Positions 19,101-28,966 of a stretch of DNA of 64,000 nucleotides are shown one piece after another. The notes under the pieces were generated by a model. It worked only from the letters and a program-made list of their open reading frames with translations, was not told where the DNA came from and ran no database searches. Position 1 is the first letter of the stretch; each line of letters starts with the position of its first letter. The DNA is taken from the NCBI GenBank assembly GCA_000165345.1, contig CM000431.1, positions 416,001 through 480,000 on the forward strand, written 5' to 3'. The position numbers were made by a program, and so were the translations under genes.

Positions 19101-20314
19101 ATAATAGTTTAAAATCCAACGATTTTAACAATAATGGTCTTAATACTGGATATATTGCCAACTATACACCCCTAAGTATATTACTTCCTTATAAATCAAA
19201 AAGAAGTAACCAGAAATACTCAAGTTCCTGTAATGACAAAAAGTATAGAATATGCACGTATGTTGATAAAACATTATGGTACGAATATAATTCTTTTAAC
19301 TTTTTTGTACTGGATAATAGTAACTATATTTATGACTATTTGTTAGATATAGAAACTCCTTTTCCATGTTTCGTCAAAGAGGGATGCATTATTCCCTATC
19401 AAAGTGGAAATGTATTATCATCAGCTCAGCAATTACAAATTACTACGAGGCTTAAAGTTTACTTGGAATTAATTAATAATTGTGATGACTATTATATTGA
19501 TGAACAACTTAAGAATTCAATAAAGAATGCAAAAAATATAACAAATTCTGGAAATGAGAATATGATTCTAGCTCAAGGAAACCTATTTCTAGATGATGGA
19601 GTTTCTTATAACTATTTAACAGGAGAATATTTAATGAACACTTTTTATTTTATAAAGAATGAAACAATAAAGAATAATAGTTTTGAATTATCAGATTCAG
19701 ATAATTCCAAACCAGATTTTTACTTTGATTCAAGTATTGATACATCATCAATATCATTATCATCATCTTCTACTTTAATGGCTAATATTATGCAAAAATC
19801 TCCTCCAATGACTCCAAGCTCAATATTTTCGTCTGTATCATCTTCTTCATTCTATTCATCAATGACTTCTCAGTCAGACAATGTAACTTCAATAACTTCT
19901 TTAGCTGAATCTTCAATCATCTCTAATTCTAAACATATATATGAAATATACTCTGTTCACAAAAGCATTCAAGTTTACAATCCAACAACAAACCAAGTAT
20001 CCAGGATAAACACAAATTACGATGCAATCAGAAACAATTGGATATACAGAAATGATATCTATTTGGAAACTATTAGTGTTTTTGGAATAATCCATAAACC
20101 CAAAATTATTCTACTTAACATAAACAATATATTCAGTGAAAGTAACATTAATCCTACTAATAAAGTAATTAAAAAGTTAGATTTCACTCTTGTAAATCTA
20201 GAAAATGTTAACGAAAGCGAATCCAACAAACTGGAACTTTATAATGTTGAAATCAATGTCGCAAAACTCGTAAATCTTATTAATAATAATTGGAAAATAT
20301 CTATTTATATATGA
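16151..20314 (+). CDS. Glycoside hydrolase family 31 alpha-glucosidase (glucosidase II alpha-like) with long N- and C-terminal extensions (1387 aa)
   Basis: ATG at 16151. GH31 catalytic nucleophile motif GFWIDMNEPS; second signature YTGSDVGGFYG; FTWTGDN motif. The catalytic core lies ~residues 500-950. Confidence 0.88.
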   Translation: MRSNRNYGLYKFAMALNKAARSFMGVVLNYAKRKKQRNEETSPFAIRYRAFRDLINNINSGSLDGEFFSIWRVDWDSITICEENLKRGKSSTLSFMLLNTYKSDLPPLEVDIKLYSIGIIRFVVNETDQFIKMNRFQLPYNDIIKDKLLDAHYLINTRDKLKITQAKDDNSISIEFEIVDSLINNDLDTESEKRMRKNLTEFEEKISRKVFKLVLTCNYFKVETFIDNRLIHTINPNGNFNFERVRPFISKSHPNIKKEDLMKIANAKKISQDDTSASKIFDSIEKKIGITNYFEEIPSLLKERKYQKKGWGVFESKLKESCGNEYINGGNIMEIIDSYDVYSKNSWYDIYDRFPDYKIYGPTCIGTDIRVHNTSNIYGASEHSTEVNLPEYSSSYRFYNLDVFTYKNDKPDALYGSIPLVLSVHNDEKNSFISGILWLNPSDTFMDIKRKFNKIDTWWVSETGIMDFILMVSDNFDSFYYNYHMLTGFPTLTPRFGLGKHQSRWFNCKDSDVLELSTTFEENKIPLDSIWLDIEHLNKRKCFTWNIENFKNVPEMLGELDIKGRNLIVIADPHISIDDNYHVYNKLQNQPYLSNNILEDDEKVIPITITKTEPISNPWIKIRNHQEWEDFVGVCWPGKVKYPDFLNPKVREIYSSFYTNKHYPIMNYSNIGFWIDMNEPSVFSSSELTLPKHSFHYNDIEHRQVHNLYGYYHLKSTFNGLLTCAAQRIIFLDNISNTNEIVSSFHGSHSAIDKALANENKRLNDRLKQDKSILNLISSGRKILNQDNLLELGNVIKNIQRPFILTRSFYIGSHCYGFTWTGDNKADYDSFSSVISMNVSNSVCGLSYTGSDVGGFYGHPCKCLFINWHKLSIWMPFYRVHSHIDSPKREPWEFGGEILKYIRKLVVTRYELLSFWYTISSLYSFQGKPMLKPLNWLLFEFKNHDLIGKNESILKICECQSFLLGDTFLIYSTLQNQCTCKKNNNSLKSNDFNNNGLNTGYIANYTPLSILLPYKSKRSNQKYSSSCNDKKYRICTYVDKTLWYEYNSFNFFVLDNSNYIYDYLLDIETPFPCFVKEGCIIPYQSGNVLSSAQQLQITTRLKVYLELINNCDDYYIDEQLKNSIKNAKNITNSGNENMILAQGNLFLDDGVSYNYLTGEYLMNTFYFIKNETIKNNSFELSDSDNSKPDFYFDSSIDTSSISLSSSSTLMANIMQKSPPMTPSSIFSSVSSSSFYSSMTSQSDNVTSITSLAESSIISNSKHIYEIYSVHKSIQVYNPTTNQVSRINTNYDAIRNNWIYRNDIYLETISVFGIIHKPKIILLNINNIFSESNINPTNKVIKKLDFTLVNLENVNESESNKLELYNVEINVAKLVNLINNNWKISIYI

Positions 20315-20334
20315 CCAATTTAAACTTGCTGGAA

Positions 20335-20369
20335 TTTTCCCGCCAATACGAAGATTTTGCATGCATGCA
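20335..20369. promoter_or_regulatory. TTTTCCCGCCAAT (E2F-like) plus TGCATGCATGCA inside the 76-bp gap between two convergent stop codons
   Basis: GH31 stop at 20312-20314. Helicase stop (minus strand) at 20391-20393. The motifs sit at 20335-20347 and 20358-20369. Confidence 0.4.
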
Positions 20370-20390
20370 AAAAAAAAAGAAAAATAAGAT

Positions 20391-22748
20391 TTATCTTTTT
20401 TTCTTATTTTTTTTACCTTGAATAACCCATTTGGGTATTTTTTGCTTATTGCTACCATTCGCAGTTTTTAAGTTTGAGCAGTCATTATTTTTTTTTCTCG
20501 TTGAGTGATCGGAATCAAAATCTGAAGTATCAGATATATCATCATTTGAGGAGTCACTATTATTTGTATTATCGTAGTTATTATCGTTATTAGAAATTTC
20601 TTCATCTTTATAGAATTGGTTGAGCCTGTTTTGGTACTCTTTATAGGTAATTTTTCCAGTTTTAAGTTTCTTGGCAAGATTGTTTTCAAATTGTAAAGTT
20701 TGCCATTCGTCTAGCTCTATTTTACGTTTAGTAGCTCTTTTTTCGCTTCTAGACCTTTTTGAGTTATTATTTTTCTCTAGATCCACTTGAATGTCTTTAA
20801 GTTCTTTTCGTTTTTTGGAATTTTCAAAATTATCCTTTTGGTCTTTTGAAGTCTCAATATTAGATGGAGGTTTTGGGTTTGGATTAAAGTCATCAGGATG
20901 AATGTTTTTAGATCCTGTAATAAATTTTCCTGAAATATTAGATTTTCCAAGAATTTCCTTTACTCTTGGAATTCTAAGCAGGGCAAAAGATGCAGCAATC
21001 TCTCCTATTGAAAGGCTTTTAAAAGGGAAAATAAATGGAAGCTGGTACTCCTTGTAAGCTCTAATATAAGATACAAAGGCTTTCTTTGCTTTTTCATAAA
21101 ATTCAAAATCACTATACATAAACTTCCTGATTGTACATAATCCTACTCTGTTAATATTGCAACTATTATTTAAGAATTCATCTTTTTTTATAATCTCCTC
21201 GTTTAGTTTAGTACAGTAACACAATTTTAAATTGTTTGATGTTTTATAGAATGGATCTTCAATAGAGTTATAATTTCCATCATAAATAATACCCGTATTA
21301 TTCTTTTCTCCTTCTAAATGGTTATAACTTAAAATCTTTCTCATAGTCTTCTTTTCAATATATTCAATAAATGCTCCTTCATGAGGTTGGAGCATTATTA
21401 TAGATTTTCCAAGCTTACCAGCCCTTGCAGTTCTTCCAATCCTATGTATATAATATGAAGGATCTTGAGGAGCATCAAATTGGATAATCCATTCAATATC
21501 AGGAATATCAATTCCTCTTGCTGTAAGATCTGTAGAAATTAAAACTCCACTATCGCAATTTCTAAATATCTCATAGGACTTCTCTCTAGATTTTTGGCAC
21601 ATTTGTCCATGTAACTTACAAAGATTTCCAAGGGAAGATTCCATAAAGTAACCATTTTTTTGTGACTTATTTTGTTTATTTTTGGAATGATTATGAAAAA
21701 GTTTTGAAAGATATTTAAAATAAAACTCCACAGATCTACAAGTTAGGAAAAATATAATACATTTAATCTGTTTTCCAGATTCAAGTTCTCGTTTCATATT
21801 AAGCAGAAATCTTATTAGAAATTCAATCTTTAACAAAGGATTAAGTTCAACATAAAAACATGTTAGGCCAATTGGGACACTAATATCACATTCAGCATCT
21901 TCTATAGATGTTGAAGTCTCTTGTTTCTCATTAGTATTCTGTTTTTCAAGATTATTACAGGATATCGATACTTTAATATACTTTGGGTTTCTAAGACCTG
22001 TCTTAATAAGATTCTGAACTTGTGAATTCAATGTAGCAGAGAATAAACCAGTTCTTCTTTGCTTTGGCATTGAATGCAAAATCATATTAATATGATTTTC
22101 AAATCCCATATCTAAAAGCCTATCAGCTTCATCTAAGATGAGTATTTCCAAGCTAGACTTGATATTCCAGTCAAATCCATCCTTTAGATTCTCAAATAAG
22201 TGAAAAATACGGCCAGGGGTACCGACTAATATATAGTATTTACTATTGTCTTCTGAAGCTTCTTCTTCTGCAACTTGTTTAATATAATCAAATGTTTTAT
22301 TAATATTTCCTCCTCCAATGCAAATTAAGCATTTTAGAACATTTCCAGAACCTCCTTTTTCTCTATATTGATTAATTATATCTAAATACCGCTCTAAGAT
22401 TTCAAATACTTGTGTTGATAATTCTCTAGTTGGTGTTAATATGAGCGAACCCATATTAAAATTTGAAATTCCTCTTGACTGAATCTGACTTTTTAAAAGG
22501 ATTTCAACAACTGGAACTAAATAACTCATAGTCTTTCCTGAGCCAGTACAAGCTTCAACTGCAACATCCTTGTGAGTAAGAAGCTCTGGAATAGTTACTT
22601 CCTGTACTGGTGACATAAATCTAAATCCAAGGTGGTTCTGTATAAAGTCCAAACTTCCCTCACTAATGCTGGGCCTCAACGCTTCAAATCCACGGTAATT
22701 TATCTCTTCATTTCCTTTATTCTTAGGTGTTCGTTTTCTTTCTTTCAT
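20391..22748 (-). CDS. DDX55: DEAD-box ATP-dependent RNA helicase, DDX55/Spb4 family (785 aa)
   Basis: ATG verified. Motif I AVEACTGSGKT. PTREL, VGTPGR. ILILDEADRLLDMGFENHINMILHSMPKQRRTGLFSATLNSQVQNLIKTGLRNP is almost collinear with human DDX55. HRIGRTARAG. Lys-rich C-terminal tail. Confidence 0.9.
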   Translation of the reverse strand: MKERKRTPKNKGNEEINYRGFEALRPSISEGSLDFIQNHLGFRFMSPVQEVTIPELLTHKDVAVEACTGSGKTMSYLVPVVEILLKSQIQSRGISNFNMGSLILTPTRELSTQVFEILERYLDIINQYREKGGSGNVLKCLICIGGGNINKTFDYIKQVAEEEASEDNSKYYILVGTPGRIFHLFENLKDGFDWNIKSSLEILILDEADRLLDMGFENHINMILHSMPKQRRTGLFSATLNSQVQNLIKTGLRNPKYIKVSISCNNLEKQNTNEKQETSTSIEDAECDISVPIGLTCFYVELNPLLKIEFLIRFLLNMKRELESGKQIKCIIFFLTCRSVEFYFKYLSKLFHNHSKNKQNKSQKNGYFMESSLGNLCKLHGQMCQKSREKSYEIFRNCDSGVLISTDLTARGIDIPDIEWIIQFDAPQDPSYYIHRIGRTARAGKLGKSIIMLQPHEGAFIEYIEKKTMRKILSYNHLEGEKNNTGIIYDGNYNSIEDPFYKTSNNLKLCYCTKLNEEIIKKDEFLNNSCNINRVGLCTIRKFMYSDFEFYEKAKKAFVSYIRAYKEYQLPFIFPFKSLSIGEIAASFALLRIPRVKEILGKSNISGKFITGSKNIHPDDFNPNPKPPSNIETSKDQKDNFENSKKRKELKDIQVDLEKNNNSKRSRSEKRATKRKIELDEWQTLQFENNLAKKLKTGKITYKEYQNRLNQFYKDEEISNNDNNYDNTNNSDSSNDDISDTSDFDSDHSTRKKNNDCSNLKTANGSNKQKIPKWVIQGKKNKKKR

Positions 22749-22980
22749 TTTTTTTCCGTAATACTCATATTATTTTATTTGGGTTATTTAAACAAAAAAA
22801 TATAAACACTTTTTCCTAAGGTCTAAAAATTCCTTCCTCCTAAATATATTAGATAAAGTATTACAGATCCAGTTTAACCTCTTAAAAGTGATTAAATAAC
22901 CCCTTCAATCAATTTAAGTTATTTTTTTTCTGCTTTAACTGAAATTGTAGATTAATTTTCGAATTTGACATTTAATCATA

Positions 22981-23004
22981 GCCCGCCAAGTGTGGCGCCA
23001 AAAC
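22981..23004. promoter_or_regulatory. GCCCGCCAAGTGTGGCGCCAAAAC, E2F-like pair ~240 bp upstream of the helicase start
   Basis: CCCGCCAA and TGGCGCCAAAA cores. Confidence 0.5.
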
Positions 23005-23307
23005 ATGTCGGTACTAGTCTAAAATCCAAATAAAGTAAAGAGGAGTGGGGAGGAGATGGCGGTAAACTTTTGATATTAAAGCGTGAAGAGTGGAAGAAAA
23101 GTATTAAGGATAAAATAAAAAAGGAGTTGAATTTGTATGTCAGAGAGCAATCTAGTTCAGAAGTTAACATATTATTTTGTTTTGATGGACCTCTTAAATT
23201 TAATCTTAAGATCTTGAACTTAGATATATACATTTTTTTTTAATTATGTAATTTAGGCGGTAACATTCTGAATAGTTTCAGGTATTAAATATACTTGTGA
23301 TCTTGTC

Positions 23308-23327
23308 TATATATATATATATATATA
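23308..23327. repeat. (AT)10 microsatellite
   Basis: The sequence reads tatatatatatatatatatata. Confidence 0.9.
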
Positions 23328-23823
23328 AATTATTATTATTTATTAGCCTAGATAATTTAGTAAAAAAAAGAAACATTATTATTAAAAATAAATATAATTA
23401 CATAATATAGTAAATCATCGAAACGAATTTACTTGAGAATTTATCTGGATAAATAATAAAAGGAAAAAAACAATAATTTTTAGGCGGTACCTGGATCACT
23501 ATTAAATTTCTCACAGTAAATGAACAAGTAATAATTTAGGAAAATAAAGAGGGAACAAATTGAATAGAAAATAATATATCTTCTATTTAAGTAAAATAGT
23601 CTATATAGGAGACTTTTGAACAACACCAGGGAAAATAAATAAAGTTGGTTAAACAAAAGTTCTGAAATTGAAGGAACTTTTTTGAATAAAGTGGGAAAAC
23701 GCAATAATAATTACATAAAGTGAAAAAGAAAAATCATATTTCGAGTGAAAAAAAAACTTGATATTGGAGAAAAATTCATTAATATACTTTTTGTTGTGGA
23801 TATTAATTATAATTAGTTAAACA

Positions 23824-25101
23824 ATGAGTTCCGTTAAAGACAAGTGTAACAACATGCCCAAACAAAATCACAATGAATCAAAGATTTCTATAATACCAAA
23901 TACAGCACCATATAAGTTTATGAGAGGGTTAATGTGTTTCCTTACTGTTTCTCTTTCAATGCTATATTTGATATTTAGTTGTTCATTTGCTATTAAATAT
24001 AGACCTCTTGTTTTTGACAATATTCTTACTGAGACAATAAAAGGTACTATTAAGGGCTCAAATGGCGAATATATTCAGTGGATTGCGACAATACCAACAG
24101 GATTAGTTAGTCGAACAGTTGCTATTATTTGTGTGGTCATGTTCTTAATTTTTGGAGTATATACCATGCTTTTTTCATTTTATACTGCATGCAAGAAATA
24201 CAAATTCATTCAACCATGGCATTTTATGTTATTATCTGCAATGTCCTGTGTTGGAGGACTTATTTCAATCTTCCTTTCAAATAAATTTGCAGTAGTTGAG
24301 GAATTTACTCATAAAAAGGATTGTCTTCTCCAATCTGTAGTCTCAAATGACTGTTCTGTAGCTATTGGAAACAACGAAATCTACGCTTATGACATTTGTA
24401 AAGCAGTTGAATCATTTTGTTTGGATGAAAACGCATCAATGTCCAGATATTACACCAAGGCAATAATAGTTGCAGTAGTTTCTTTCATCGTTTCAGTTTT
24501 AAGCTTTGCTTATGGAATTGTCTTACTAAATCTGAAGATGAGATATTCCAAGAAATTAGCTTTGATAAATGAAAAAAATGCAATTTCTGAAAAAACCAAG
24601 TCAGATCTTGAAATGTCAAATTCATCAAGTATCTGCCAATATGATAAGGATAATTCTGGAATTAACTGCCAAAATAACCAATCAGGTACCGGATATTCCA
24701 CAACAGATAACACTAATGTGGTGAACTCAACAAAAACCAACGTATATTACCCAAATATGTCTAACGATTCTTGCAAAGCCATACAACCTTATCAAAATGA
24801 AATGAGGAGTATACCAATGGGTATTGTTGTAACTACGACAACTAGTAAACAATGTCACATTGCAGCCCACCGAAATGCAAATTCACAAGTTAATACCTCA
24901 AATATGGGTAACATTATTGGTAATTCAGCAATTAGCTGTGTAAACTCGATACATCATTCATGCCATAGTGGTAATTTAAATCACAACAGGAATGCTCATC
25001 ATGGACTATCCCTCCAACAACAACATCATCACCATCATCATCACCATCATCATCATGGCCCTAACCATGGCAATAGACAACATCACAATCAATTTCTATA
25101 A
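23824..25101 (+). CDS. Four-TM membrane protein with tetraspanin-like topology and a C-terminal poly-His tract (425 aa)
   Basis: ATG at 23824. Four hydrophobic spans at ~35-57, 100-122, 135-155 and 215-238. A ~60-aa loop between TM3 and TM4 has 4 Cys but no CCG. The ~180-aa tail ends in HHHHHHHHHHHHH. Confidence 0.6.
   Translation: MSSVKDKCNNMPKQNHNESKISIIPNTAPYKFMRGLMCFLTVSLSMLYLIFSCSFAIKYRPLVFDNILTETIKGTIKGSNGEYIQWIATIPTGLVSRTVAIICVVMFLIFGVYTMLFSFYTACKKYKFIQPWHFMLLSAMSCVGGLISIFLSNKFAVVEEFTHKKDCLLQSVVSNDCSVAIGNNEIYAYDICKAVESFCLDENASMSRYYTKAIIVAVVSFIVSVLSFAYGIVLLNLKMRYSKKLALINEKNAISEKTKSDLEMSNSSSICQYDKDNSGINCQNNQSGTGYSTTDNTNVVNSTKTNVYYPNMSNDSCKAIQPYQNEMRSIPMGIVVTTTTSKQCHIAAHRNANSQVNTSNMGNIIGNSAISCVNSIHHSCHSGNLNHNRNAHHGLSLQQQHHHHHHHHHHHGPNHGNRQHHNQFL
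25021..25060 (+). repeat. CAT/CAC codon tract encoding H13 inside the 23824 CDS
   Basis: The sequence reads caacatcatcaccatcatcatcaccatcatcatcat. Confidence 0.9.
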
Positions 25102-25584
25102 ATGTTAAACTATCCTGAAATGATTATCTAAAGAGGTGTTAAATACAGCCTTGTATAATTCAACAATTGTCTGTCAATTTACAAGTATTCTGTTTCAGTT
25201 GAGGAATATATACTTAGCCTCGATTATTTATTAATATAGCCCGTGTATTAATATCTACTAACCTCACCAACAATCACTTAGTTGTTTTCTTTTTAAAAAT
25301 TAAATTAAAATATTTAAAAAAAAAAAGGACGGTTAGATCCGATCAATCAGTGTTCATATATTTAACAATAGATCAAAACAATCGTAATAAATAAGAAGAA
25401 AAGTTTTCTAAATATTCGTTCTTCAATTACGCGGAAAATATTGCGAATCGGTTTAAACCCCCTGCATGTGTACACGTGTTTTTTACTATGCGGACATTCT
25501 ATACCGGCATTTACATGCACTCATGTGGATATGCATGTAAAGCCCGCATGGATCATTAGTAAAATAATATTGTTAATTTACGGC

Positions 25585-28152
25585 TTAATCTAAAGATAAC
25601 AATCGCGAAATAATAGCTATGTCACTGAAATCAGTTAGATAAGAAGCCCCGAAATCTTGATACATTTTACAGGAATTCATTAATAATTTAAGAACTTTTT
25701 TTCGATTAGTCTTAATCTGATTACAACAAACGAAAATATTGTTACTGCATGACTGAGATATTGCTTTGCTTTGGTCTTGCTTATTATTTATGTTATGAGG
25801 AGCTTCAAAAAATTCAAAAGAACTTGGTCTTTCAAATGATGAATCATAACAAAAGTCTTGTAATGCGCCGTTGCATGAGATAATTTGATTTAAAAAAGTC
25901 TTATTGCCATTTTTCTCAGTAATATTTGGTAGTTTATCGAATGATAAATTGCAGATCGAAATTTTTGAATTATGCTCAACCTGTTTAACATCGGCATCAC
26001 TATATTCTATTGACTTAGATTGATCAACCTCTAAGCTAATATTTCTGGATGCATCAGTGCTTGAGCTAAGTAAGTCGGAGTTACATGAAGACAAAATACT
26101 TGATGAAGCGGAAATAATATATTTATTAATTATTTGTACACTATTAAATTGTTCAATAAATTCCTGAAATGAGTTGGATTTATAAGTAGCAATAAAATCT
26201 TGAATACTCATTATAAGTGGTCTATTTAACAAAAAAGATATCTTTGAATTTGATTTGCTATTCTTAGAACTACTAATAAAATTCATCGTACCGTTGCTGA
26301 CCCCTTTACCATTTATAATCGGATCTTGAAGAGTATTACAATTTAATTCCAATTTCTTTTGATCAACATATATAGTCGATAAGGCTCTATAGCAAAAACC
26401 AGAGAATGGACGATTTAATTTGTTTTTGAAAGGAAATTTATAATAGGTTAACATTGATGATACTATACTTTCAACAGAGCCTGGAACCATTTTTGCAGCT
26501 ATCATTTTAGTCACTGAAGATGGAATCCACCCTTTTGGACTTGCTTCATTGAACATTGACACGTTACTCCAAATACCAAAAGGAGTTTTTATTGGGATTG
26601 CCATATAGCTACCAATTGATAAATCCATTCTAACATATCCAGGACGCTCTGGCGCATCAGGGTGTTCAGTTGAGCAAGAACAAGAACAACACATCACTTC
26701 ATCCTGATTAATTTTTGCTGAAGCGCTTAAATCATTCCAGCTCATAAACTTGAACCCATTCTTAATATTATATCCATGTAAATACCGAATATTTACAATA
26801 TCACGTGGATATACTGTTGCTATTCTTTTAGTTGCAACATACATAACATCTAATCCTGGTGCAATATTTTCAACGACCTTAAGATCCACAGTATTATTAT
26901 CATAAACTCTTCTATTATTACTATCTGTGGAATATTCAACATAATCTAAAGGAGCAACTGGTACAATAAATTCTGTACGAAGCAAAACTCTTCCAGATTT
27001 GTGTTCCTTCTTCCAAACCCGAACTCCATCTTTATTATAAACTAGTTGGCACATTAATTCATTTGGTTTGCTAAGTAAACATTCAAAACTAACTTCACTC
27101 AATTTATTGGCAAGTCGAGCATACATTCGTAATCTTTGATTGTTAAGCTGCTTTTGGTTCAAATTGGAAGGATCAATATTGCGATTTTCTAAAAAATTCC
27201 TGTTTTTCTCATATCTTCTTAGAAAATTACCCAAGATTTTCCTAGTTTCCTCTAGCTCTTCAAACTTCAATTTCAAGTATTCCTCAAATTTTTCTGGCTT
27301 GGATAATATCGAAGCTCTTTTTTTAAGTAAGGTATTTATAGTATTAATATTAATTTCGCTATTCATATTAATATTACTATTATCATTACATATAATATTT
27401 GGATTGGCTATTTGTTTATTTTTACTTGATATATCAAAACTCTTATCTTCATCTTTAACATGTAATTTTTCATCAAGTTTTGGATTGGTTGGGATAATTT
27501 CAAAAAAATTGTTAAAATTCTCTTCAGTTGAAATCTCCTCATTAAAATTACAAGCTGTCTCAAGACCTTCCATCACTTGGATATCAACATCCTCTGCAAT
27601 GCAGATATTATTAAGTGAATTAAAATTCAATTTTATTGAAGACTTAGAAATAGATTTCCCAAATTTCTCAATTGAACTCTCAATATTTGTAAAATTTTTC
27701 GAGTTAGTTTTATCATTGTTAAAACGATTCTTTTTTGAAAGCTTTCTTAAAAATGAAAAGTATCTTGTTGTAGAAGTTGAAGAAGAATTGGTTGGTAGAG
27801 TTAAATTATAATTAATACTCTGAGATCTTCTTCTTGAATGAATCTTGCTAAACCCTTTTCTAGATCTTCTATAAAATATCAAACTCATAAACTTAGAAGC
27901 GATTTTATACTTGAGCCTCTTTTTTTTTGATAATTTCTCCAAAGTTGTGGACTTGGAACTCGTTTCATCATGTTTATTCAAAGAATTATTTAATTCAATA
28001 TTTAAATTTGGAGTTTCAATAGCTCCAATAATGTCTTCATTCTGCTCATCATCTAGCTCAGAAGGTGACTTTGTTGAATGTATAGAGCGTTCTGCATCAA
28101 ATTCTTCAATGTTATTTACATTTTCGCAATTTAAAGAATCTGAAGAGCTCAT
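25585..28152 (-). CDS. START (StAR-related lipid-transfer) domain protein with large low-complexity flanks (855 aa)
   Basis: ATG verified (cat at 28150-28152). The central segment VRVWKKEHKSGRVLLRTEFIVPVAPLDYVEYSTDSNNRRVYDNNTVDLKVVENIAPGLDVMYVATKRIATVYPRDIVNIRYLH follows the START pattern (W.K....g..l.r.e..v......v.e.l.d...r..WD.......v.e.i.....v.y.........PRDfV..R). Confidence 0.65.
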   Translation of the reverse strand: MSSSDSLNCENVNNIEEFDAERSIHSTKSPSELDDEQNEDIIGAIETPNLNIELNNSLNKHDETSSKSTTLEKLSKKKRLKYKIASKFMSLIFYRRSRKGFSKIHSRRRSQSINYNLTLPTNSSSTSTTRYFSFLRKLSKKNRFNNDKTNSKNFTNIESSIEKFGKSISKSSIKLNFNSLNNICIAEDVDIQVMEGLETACNFNEEISTEENFNNFFEIIPTNPKLDEKLHVKDEDKSFDISSKNKQIANPNIICNDNSNINMNSEININTINTLLKKRASILSKPEKFEEYLKLKFEELEETRKILGNFLRRYEKNRNFLENRNIDPSNLNQKQLNNQRLRMYARLANKLSEVSFECLLSKPNELMCQLVYNKDGVRVWKKEHKSGRVLLRTEFIVPVAPLDYVEYSTDSNNRRVYDNNTVDLKVVENIAPGLDVMYVATKRIATVYPRDIVNIRYLHGYNIKNGFKFMSWNDLSASAKINQDEVMCCSCSCSTEHPDAPERPGYVRMDLSIGSYMAIPIKTPFGIWSNVSMFNEASPKGWIPSSVTKMIAAKMVPGSVESIVSSMLTYYKFPFKNKLNRPFSGFCYRALSTIYVDQKKLELNCNTLQDPIINGKGVSNGTMNFISSSKNSKSNSKISFLLNRPLIMSIQDFIATYKSNSFQEFIEQFNSVQIINKYIISASSSILSSCNSDLLSSSTDASRNISLEVDQSKSIEYSDADVKQVEHNSKISICNLSFDKLPNITEKNGNKTFLNQIISCNGALQDFCYDSSFERPSSFEFFEAPHNINNKQDQSKAISQSCSNNIFVCCNQIKTNRKKVLKLLMNSCKMYQDFGASYLTDFSDIAIISRLLSLD

Positions 28153-28667
28153 TTTGCTAAACCTTTAATGGACACTTTACCAAATTCAATTTACCTGATA
28201 GACTAAAATAATAATTTTAAGTTGTTTCCAAATTAAGTGTTGTTAATTACTAATAAAACGATTTATAAAGCTTGAAAAAAAAAATTTAATTGAACAGTAA
28301 TTTATATTATAAAATATCGTATTTATTACATTATATAATAGTCAATGTTGCATTTTATAAAACATAAATTAATCTGAGTGAATAAATCTTTCAAAAATTA
28401 ATAAAAAAATTCTATTTGTACTTCCGCTATCTCTTAGAGCTTGTGTTTATTCAATAATAAATGGTTTAATATAATGAAATAAAATATGTAATTAATGGAG
28501 CGAGATCAAATAAGATATTTAATTCCAAACGACATTTGAGTTTTCAAAATTGATCCTTTCCTTTTCTATGCCAGAGTAAAATATGAAGTTCAAACCCCAA
28601 TTAGTTGTTAAATTTTTCTTTGAATTTAACTTACTACCCTCATAATAGTCTTATCATACATTTCGGA

Positions 28668-28747
28668 TTTTGGCGCATGTTTGCCCGCCTAGTGTTCCTT
28701 TGATTGGATACCTAAAATGCCAAATAAAGAAAATTCAGGCGGGAAAT
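28668..28747. promoter_or_regulatory. Cluster of three E2F-like elements (TTTTGGCGC, TTGCCCGCC, GGCGGGAAAT) upstream of the START-domain gene
   Basis: Three CCCGCC/GGCGC cores within 80 bp, about 520-600 bp upstream of the ATG at 28152. Confidence 0.5.
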
Positions 28748-28966
28748 CTGAGTGTTGCATGAAAAGTTGGAAAAAAATAGATAGTGGGAAAAAGAATACA
28801 TTTAGAGATGAAAGTACTATTTAATTTATAATTGTGGATAACAGCAGATAAAGAATACTAAAACAAACTATAAAATGTAAACTTGGGTGAATCAGGTTGT
28901 ACAGAATTTTAAATTCCTGGTATATAATAGAAGTATAATGAAAAAGAGATTAATTTGAATATTTCA

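Noticed and set aside
27140-27811. 223-aa + strand ORF, and others such as 9950-10246, 16947-17417 and 33898-34404, overlapping larger genes
   Set aside because: They are antisense or alternate-frame shadows of well-supported long CDSs (START, CRAL-TRIO, GH31, eIF2-gamma). Their products are low-complexity with no independent start context.
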